Assembly: GCF_000270205.1 (NCBI RefSeq)
Contig: NC_015913.1
Span: 420,001 to 452,000 of the forward strand
Length of the DNA: 32,000 bases
Direction: 5' to 3'
Source of the DNA: Candidatus Arthromitus sp. SFB-mouse-Japan
GTDB lineage: Bacteria > Bacillota > Clostridia > Clostridiales > Clostridiaceae
Shown here: positions 25,451 through 32,000 of the stretch, in pieces
Numbering within the stretch: the first letter of the stretch is position 1
Layout of the letters: every line of letters starts with the position of its first letter
The notes under the pieces: model-generated
The model's database searches: none
What the model saw: only the letters and a program-made list of their open reading frames with translations
What the model was told of the DNA's origin: nothing
Program-made: the position numbers and the translations under genes

Positions 25451-26254
25451 CTTTAAAATTATATCTAACATTAATAACAATAAGAAACCAAAAACGAAAC
25501 CAATTGTACCGAAATTTTTGTATGAGCTCGAGTTATATTCAGGAATAATTTCATCTACAACAGTTATTATGATTGTACCTGCGGCAAAAGCTAAGATTAT
25601 AGGCATATAACTTACGAGTATAGTTGATAGAAGTACACCTATTATTCCACCAATTGGTTCTAGAAGGCCTGGAATGGATCCGATAAAGAACGATTTTAAA
25701 TTTGAGTATTTTTCATTTTTAAAAGGTATTGATAGAGCAAATCCTTCTGGGAAATTTTGGAGTACCATAGATAGAGATAATGCGATTGCTCCAGCAAAGC
25801 TTCCTAAATTTTCGGATTTAGTCAATGAAAATGCAATCCCTATAGAAATTCCCTCTATTAAATTTCTTAGAGCAGATGATAAGATGAGTAGAAATTTTTT
25901 TCTTGCAGATAATGTTACAGGTAGATTTATCCTTAGTATTATATTGGATATTAATTTATCTAGTAATTTAAGTAAAATAGCTCCTAATATAAAACCTAAT
26001 GATATGCCTAATAAATTATTTAGTTTGTTTTCAGATAATTCAGTTGCAGGAATAATTAATGACCATATAGATGATGAGATCATAATACCAGCAGTAAAAC
26101 CTAAAAATATTTTATAGCACTTTATATTTAAACTATTTTTAACAAAGAAGATGCATGATGAACCTAATATAGTTGAAAACATTGCAAATATTGTATTCAT
26201 TAATGTAAGAGTCAAAGGTGAAAATATATCCATTTCAATATTAAATACTCCCAT
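25448..26254 (-). CDS. ZIP-family (ZupT/GufA-like) divalent metal transporter
   Basis: 8 TM. TM5 motif LQNFPEG, GLLEPIGG, FAAGTIIITVVDEIIPE. The TM4 motif is atypical (LRNLIEG). Confidence 0.8.
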   Translation of the reverse strand: MGVFNIEMDIFSPLTLTLMNTIFAMFSTILGSSCIFFVKNSLNIKCYKIFLGFTAGIMISSSIWSLIIPATELSENKLNNLLGISLGFILGAILLKLLDKLISNIILRINLPVTLSARKKFLLILSSALRNLIEGISIGIAFSLTKSENLGSFAGAIALSLSMVLQNFPEGFALSIPFKNEKYSNLKSFFIGSIPGLLEPIGGIIGVLLSTILVSYMPIILAFAAGTIIITVVDEIIPEYNSSSYKNFGTIGFVFGFLLLLMLDIILK

Positions 26255-26475
26255 GATTACTTAGAAAAATGAAAAAGTAAATTTTGTATTATACTATTAA
26301 TATGATATATATTTGTTACTTGAAATTAAATTTTTAAAATTTTAGCTACTTTGATTAGGTTTTAAATTTAAAATGTGCATAAAAAAGATGTGATTAAGTT
26401 AATAAAATATTAAATATATCATAAATAAATATTATAATATTAAAATATTTCAATAAATATTATTAAATAGATAAT

Positions 26476-26503
26476 TTGTTGGTTTGATTTTTTGATTTAT
26501 AAT
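26476..26503 (+). promoter_or_regulatory. Promoter candidate for the NlpC/P60 gene
   Basis: TTGTTG (26476-26481), 16 nt spacer, TATAAT (26498-26503). It implies a 5' UTR of about 135 nt. Confidence 0.35.
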
Positions 26504-26608
26504 GTTATAGTATAAATGGACCTTGCTAATGGTAAATATGTTGAATAGAGAATTAGATTAAAATTAGAATCATTGTCATCATGTTTAAGTGGTTTGATTG
26601 TTTGATTT
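26480..26608 (+). repeat. 19-nt direct repeat pair, 110 bp apart
   Basis: tggtttgattttttgattt (26480-26498) versus tggtttgattgtttgattt (26590-26608), 18/19 identical. Confidence 0.7.
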
Positions 26609-26643
26609 GCATTTAATTTGGTTTTAAATTTTAGGAGGTTTTC

Positions 26644-27282
26644 ATGAACAGTAGATTAAAAAGGTTTTTGGTAGTTTTAGTACTTAATTTTGTTTTGACT
26701 GCGAGTTTTCCAAAAGCTGAACCGCTACCTGTTAGTGAACAAGATGGACAGTATAGTAATAATGAAGAGATTGCAGTAACTATTTATGATAAAATAGTTA
26801 CTGGTCAGACATCTATTAATATTTCGAACGATAGTGATTTAGAGATAAGAGCTGATATTGATGTTAATGAAGTTGAGAAAAGCAATGTAGTATCTAAAGA
26901 GGTAAGTTATAATCAGGAATTAGGAGTTAGAATTGCCGATTTTGCGAAGAGTTTAATTGGCAAACCGTATATGTACGGTAAAACAGGCCCAAATTCATTT
27001 GATTGTTCTGGATTTGTTAAATATGTATATGGAAATTTTGGGATTAATCTTCCAAGAACTAGTCAAGCACAAGCATATGTAGGAACTAGAGTAAGTAGAA
27101 GTGAATTAAAGCCAGGGGATTTGGTTTTTTCTAACACTTATTCATCTCTATCACATGTAGGAGTTTATGTAGGAGATGGAAAATTTGTTCATGCTGCGAA
27201 TTCTAGTACCGGTGTTACTGTTTCTAGTGTGAATGATGGATATTATGGTGCTAGGTATGCATGGTCTATGAGACCTTATTAA
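26644..27282 (+). CDS. NlpC/P60 (C40) cell-wall peptidase, secreted
   Basis: Signal peptide. The C-terminal domain has GKPYMYGKTGPNSFDCSGFV (catalytic Cys) and SHVGVYVGDGKFVHA (His). AGGAGG RBS. Confidence 0.85.
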   Translation: MNSRLKRFLVVLVLNFVLTASFPKAEPLPVSEQDGQYSNNEEIAVTIYDKIVTGQTSINISNDSDLEIRADIDVNEVEKSNVVSKEVSYNQELGVRIADFAKSLIGKPYMYGKTGPNSFDCSGFVKYVYGNFGINLPRTSQAQAYVGTRVSRSELKPGDLVFSNTYSSLSHVGVYVGDGKFVHAANSSTGVTVSSVNDGYYGARYAWSMRPY

Positions 27283-27285
27283 GTG

Positions 27286-27317
27286 GCGATACTTTTAAAG
27301 TATCGCTTTTTGTTTTT
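27286..27317 (+). terminator. Rho-independent terminator
   Basis: gcgatactt-tta-aagtatcgc followed by tttttgttttt. Confidence 0.75.
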
Positions 27318-27384
27318 AAATTATATTATAATTATAAAAAAACCACATATATATTTTTATATAAATTATATATGGAGGGATAAA

Positions 27385-28125
27385 ATGAAATATAGAAGAG
27401 CAACAGTTAATAAAAGAAATATAAAATATGGGGATTTAATTAAATTTATTACATCTTTTGTGTTGGTTTTAATATTATCAATATTTATTTCTAGTAATAT
27501 AGCTAGTTTTATATATGAAAGCAGTACATATAAAAAATCGGAAATTGATCTTGTAAGTGAAGAAAATGAAAATAATGAGAAATTAGAAGAAGAAAAATTA
27601 GAGAATTATTCTAAAAGTTTATTAAGTAATAATATAGTTTTGTTTCAGGGAGGAGTATTTAATGACTTAGATAATGCTGAAGAATTCAGAAGAAAGATAG
27701 ATAATAAAGTATTATCTAGTATTGTAAATGATGGCAAATATGAAAGAGTAATCTTAGGAGTATCCACTAAAAATAATTTTTTAGATATGGCGGATTTTTT
27801 GAAAAAGAATAATATTCAATTTGTGAAACAAGTTTACAAAATTCCATTAAATGTTGAATATAATGAGGAAATATTGAAGATATTAGAGATATTTTCTAAT
27901 TTTATTTTGAATGATATAAAAAATGTATTGAGTGATGAGGTGGATGTAACAGACCTTAAAAGCGATATTGATTTTTTAGATATAAATTATGGGAATAAAG
28001 GATCTTATAAGTTATTTAATGATTTAAGGGATTTAATACTTGACTTAGATGATAAAGTTGAAAAAGAAGATTTAGAAAGTGTATTTAATTTTGTATATTC
28101 AAGTTTTGCTGATTATAAATTATAG
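27385..28125 (+). CDS. Single-TM protein with a SPOR-like domain
   Basis: GGAGGG RBS precedes ATG 27385, and the track start 27283 lies in the terminator. TM segment FITSFVLVLILSIFISS. IVLFQGGVFNDLDNAEEFRRKI....GKYERVILGV resembles the SPOR beta-alpha-beta-beta pattern. Confidence 0.5.
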   Translation: MKYRRATVNKRNIKYGDLIKFITSFVLVLILSIFISSNIASFIYESSTYKKSEIDLVSEENENNEKLEEEKLENYSKSLLSNNIVLFQGGVFNDLDNAEEFRRKIDNKVLSSIVNDGKYERVILGVSTKNNFLDMADFLKKNNIQFVKQVYKIPLNVEYNEEILKILEIFSNFILNDIKNVLSDEVDVTDLKSDIDFLDINYGNKGSYKLFNDLRDLILDLDDKVEKEDLESVFNFVYSSFADYKL

Positions 28126-28442
28126 TGTAAAACAGTGTATAATTTTGCAAAAATATATCTATTAGTGTTTATTTATGCTTGTTAAAATTATTACTAAATG
28201 ATAAAATAATAATTAAATTTTGTGTTTATAATGCATTAATATGAAGTAGTATGTGTGTTCATTTTAGTTGATTAATCCAAAAAATACAAAAATTGTATAT
28301 TTATTGAATAATAACAAATAAAAATGTAACAATATTTAAAGAAATAATGTGGTAGTGTTATGTTGAGAAATTAAAAAATCATAGTAGTATTTTATCGAAC
28401 CAAGTTTTGTTAAAAATGATTGTTTTATTTGAAAGGAGATAA

Positions 28443-29465
<1,023 letters not shown>

Positions 29466-29472
29466 AATTTAG

Positions 29473-30315
29473 ATGAAATTCATGAAAAATAAGATAAATC
29501 TTATAATATCTTTGTTAATTATAATCATGATTGTTCTCATATTATTTTCTTCTCAGAGGACTAGTAAATCTTACATTGAGGGCATAACAGGAAATGTAAT
29601 GAATCCTATACAGAAGGTTATGTATAATATTTCTAAATCTATATCTGATATATATTATGGAGTAATGCATTATTCAGAATTGATGGGTAAATTGGAAGAT
29701 TTAAATGAGGAAAATGGAAGGTTGAAATCTGAAATTATAGAGTATTCTAAATTAAAGGAAGAAAATGATAAATTGCGGGATATATTAAATTTAAAAGATA
29801 GATTGGATGATTATACATTTGTAGGAGCAAATATTATAGGGAAAAATGGATCGTACACGAATGATTACATAGTAGATGTAGGTATAAAAGATGGACTCGA
29901 AAATGGCATGATAGTTGTGGCAAATGGAGGACTGTTTGGAATGGTTATATCTGTATCCGATTATTGGAGTATTATATCTCCAATAATTAATGGAAGTATA
30001 TCGGTAGGAGGTATAGTTCAAAGGACTAACGGAAGTCAAGGGATAGTTAAAAAATATAAGAATTCGTCTGGAAATTACATACTTAAGATGGAGTATGTAC
30101 CTATAGATGAAGATGTAGTTGTGGGGGATATTATTGTTACTTCTGGATTAGGAGGAGTGTATCCGTCTGGAATAATTATCGGGGAGGTTATATCCATAGA
30201 AAATGATAAAAGAAATTTAAGTAAAAGTATTTTAATTAAATCCCATATAGATTTTGATTTTGTGAGCAATTTATTTATAGTAATCCCCAAAAATAAATAT
30301 AAGGTAGAATACTAA
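29473..30315 (+). CDS. mreC: Rod-shape-determining protein MreC
   Basis: N-terminal TM, coiled coil (LEDLNEENGRLKSEI..LKEENDKLRD), C-terminal beta-barrel with VVTSGLGGVYPSGIIIGEV. Position after mreB. Confidence 0.85.
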   Translation: MKFMKNKINLIISLLIIIMIVLILFSSQRTSKSYIEGITGNVMNPIQKVMYNISKSISDIYYGVMHYSELMGKLEDLNEENGRLKSEIIEYSKLKEENDKLRDILNLKDRLDDYTFVGANIIGKNGSYTNDYIVDVGIKDGLENGMIVVANGGLFGMVISVSDYWSIISPIINGSISVGGIVQRTNGSQGIVKKYKNSSGNYILKMEYVPIDEDVVVGDIIVTSGLGGVYPSGIIIGEVISIENDKRNLSKSILIKSHIDFDFVSNLFIVIPKNKYKVEY

Positions 30316-30319
30316 AATT

Positions 30320-30811
30320 ATGAAGTTTTTATTATTATTTATTATAGGTATATTTTTTTTCTTATTAGATATATCGGTAATTCCTCTTTTTACTATAAAT
30401 GGTTCGTATACAAGTTTAACTAGTGTATATTTTTTTATATGTTGTATGAATATTGAAAAATATGAAATTGTATATTTTTCTGTTGTTATAGGATTTCTCC
30501 AGGATGTGTTTTTTATTAATGGGTTTGGAGTTAATATATTTTTAAATATTATTTTAGGTGTGTTATTTTATTATGTATCTATTAAATATAATAAGAACAA
30601 ATATTTTTTATCTGTGTTAATTGTGTCTATATTTTGTATATTTAAGAGTTTTATTACGAATATATTTTTAATGATATTTTTGGGTGTAGGTATAAGTGGT
30701 TTATATATGATTTATGAATTGATTTATATATTTGTTTTTTCAGTTTTTTTGTATTTGTTTTTAGGTAGAATATTTAAAGGGAGATTGTTTAAGAAGTCAC
30801 TAGAATTTTAA
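30320..30811 (+). CDS. mreD: Rod-shape-determining protein MreD
   Basis: 163 aa, 5 TM, very hydrophobic. Position after mreC. Confidence 0.7.
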   Translation: MKFLLLFIIGIFFFLLDISVIPLFTINGSYTSLTSVYFFICCMNIEKYEIVYFSVVIGFLQDVFFINGFGVNIFLNIILGVLFYYVSIKYNKNKYFLSVLIVSIFCIFKSFITNIFLMIFLGVGISGLYMIYELIYIFVFSVFLYLFLGRIFKGRLFKKSLEF

Positions 30812-30828
30812 CTAACGGGGGGATTAAG

Positions 30829-32000
30829 ATAAATATTAAGCATAGAAATAGTACAGATTATAGATATTTGGTAATTGTCATATCTATGTTTGTACTTTTT
30901 TTTATTATAATAATTAGATTATTTAATCTTCAAATTATAGGATTTGAGGACAACTTAAAATTATCAACATATTATTCTCAAAGGCAAGTATCTATAAGGG
31001 CATCTAGAGGTGAAATATTAGATAAGAATGGAGAGGTTCTTGCTACTAATGTAGAAAGTTACATACTAGAATATTCAGGCATTAATAATAGTGATAGCTT
31101 TTTTGAAGTAATTACAGAGGTTCTTGATATATTGGATAAAAATGGTGAAGATTTATATAATAATTTTGAAATAAAGGTTGATCCATTTAGATTTGAATTT
31201 GCAGTGACCTCTGAGTCTGAGATAAGAGGCAAAGAGCTTAGATTTAAAAATGATAGAGGTTATTATGATAAATTGAAGAAGAAATATTTTTCTTCTATTA
31301 GAGATTTGACAGACAATCAAAAAAGAGAATTGGAAGATAGTATTATAAATATAAAAGCCGAAGATATGTTTTATGATTTAATAGAGGAGTACGATTTATA
31401 TAAGCTATTGGATAGTTCATTTGAAATGAAAAATAGTACTGGAAAGGAAATATATGATAAATTAATTAAAAAATTTACACCTAAACGTATAAGAGATTAT
31501 GTTTTTATAAGAGATAGTATTAAAATGAATAGTTTTTCTGGCTTTAATCCTATAATATTGGCAATTGATTTGGACAAGGAAACTGCTTTTGAAATAATGC
31601 AAAAGGAGATTATGTTAAAAGGTATAACAGTTTCACCTAGATCTATAAGATATTATCCTGAAGGAGAGTTTGCATCTAATATTATAGGTTATATAGGTGC
31701 AATAGATGATAATCAAAAAGAAAAATATCAGAAAGATGGTTATAATACCTCATATGATACAATTGGAAAGTCTGGTATAGAGGCTATATTTGAATCTAAT
31801 TTAAGAGGAAAACATGGAAGTAATATTATAAAGGTTGATAATAATGGTACTAAGAAGGAAGATATTATGCAAATTGACCCAATACCTGGAGATAATATTT
31901 ATTTAACTATAGACAAGAAGTTACAGAAAGTAACTGAACGGGCATTGAATGATGTAATGACTGGATTACAGAATACAGGTAATGGACATGGAACAGGGCT
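30829..32000 (+). CDS. mrdA: Penicillin-binding protein 2 (elongasome transpeptidase), 5' part; runs off the window
   Basis: The frame is open from 30793 to the window end. N-terminal TM (LVIVISMFVLFFIIII) and RGEILDKNGEVLATN dimerisation-domain motif. Position after mreBCD. Start codon is uncertain (see finding). Confidence 0.8.
   Translation, partial: MNIKHRNSTDYRYLVIVISMFVLFFIIIIRLFNLQIIGFEDNLKLSTYYSQRQVSIRASRGEILDKNGEVLATNVESYILEYSGINNSDSFFEVITEVLDILDKNGEDLYNNFEIKVDPFRFEFAVTSESEIRGKELRFKNDRGYYDKLKKKYFSSIRDLTDNQKRELEDSIINIKAEDMFYDLIEEYDLYKLLDSSFEMKNSTGKEIYDKLIKKFTPKRIRDYVFIRDSIKMNSFSGFNPIILAIDLDKETAFEIMQKEIMLKGITVSPRSIRYYPEGEFASNIIGYIGAIDDNQKEKYQKDGYNTSYDTIGKSGIEAIFESNLRGKHGSNIIKVDNNGTKKEDIMQIDPIPGDNIYLTIDKKLQKVTERALNDVMTGLQNTGNGHGTG

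Noticed and set aside
26255-26420. Zur/Fur-type operator upstream of the ZIP transporter
   Set aside because: No TCGTAAT-N-ATTACGA-like or 7-1-7 Fur-family box was found. The only palindrome (26428-26441) is 7-0-7 and about 175 nt from the start codon.
26504-26643. c-di-AMP (ydaO-type) riboswitch upstream of the NlpC/P60 gene
   Set aside because: That riboswitch often precedes cell-wall hydrolase genes. This ~135-nt leader is almost pure A/T and lacks the G-rich conserved cores and pseudo-two-fold helices. No support by eye.

Overview
AT-rich (about 25-30 % GC by eye) chromosome segment of a spore-forming, Clostridia-type Firmicute. Most of it is ordinary core genome. It holds rubrerythrin, a PurM-like protein and RdgB; a nine-gene tRNA operon with a consensus promoter and a terminator; a gnd-zwf-cyclase operon; and an unknown protein coupled to a MacB/FtsX-type ABC exporter. 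It also holds a SleC-like cortex hydrolase with four PG-binding domains, NADH oxidase, an Ntn asparaginase, a PanT-CoaW pantothenate salvage pair, YaaA, a ZIP transporter and a cell-wall cluster (NlpC/P60, SPOR-like, mreBCD, PBP2). The accessory part is the left ~2.9 kb. There, the tail of a phage head module (scaffold-like ORF end, then ~175 aa of an SPP1-gp13-like major capsid) is fused in frame to the C-terminal half of an AbiL-type AAA ATPase that has no Walker A. An apparently intact RloB-like gene follows, then 1.16 kb of ORF-poor DNA with gene relics, hairpins and a strong promoter driving a 16-codon hydrophobic mini-ORF. I read this as a decayed prophage and defence island, not a working novel system. 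Nothing elsewhere in the window convinces me of an undescribed multi-gene system. The best functional hypotheses are a cyclase-family hydrolase standing in for the missing 6-phosphogluconolactonase, and an uncharacterised protein translationally coupled to the ABC exporter. All family calls come from motif recognition by eye; no searches were run.
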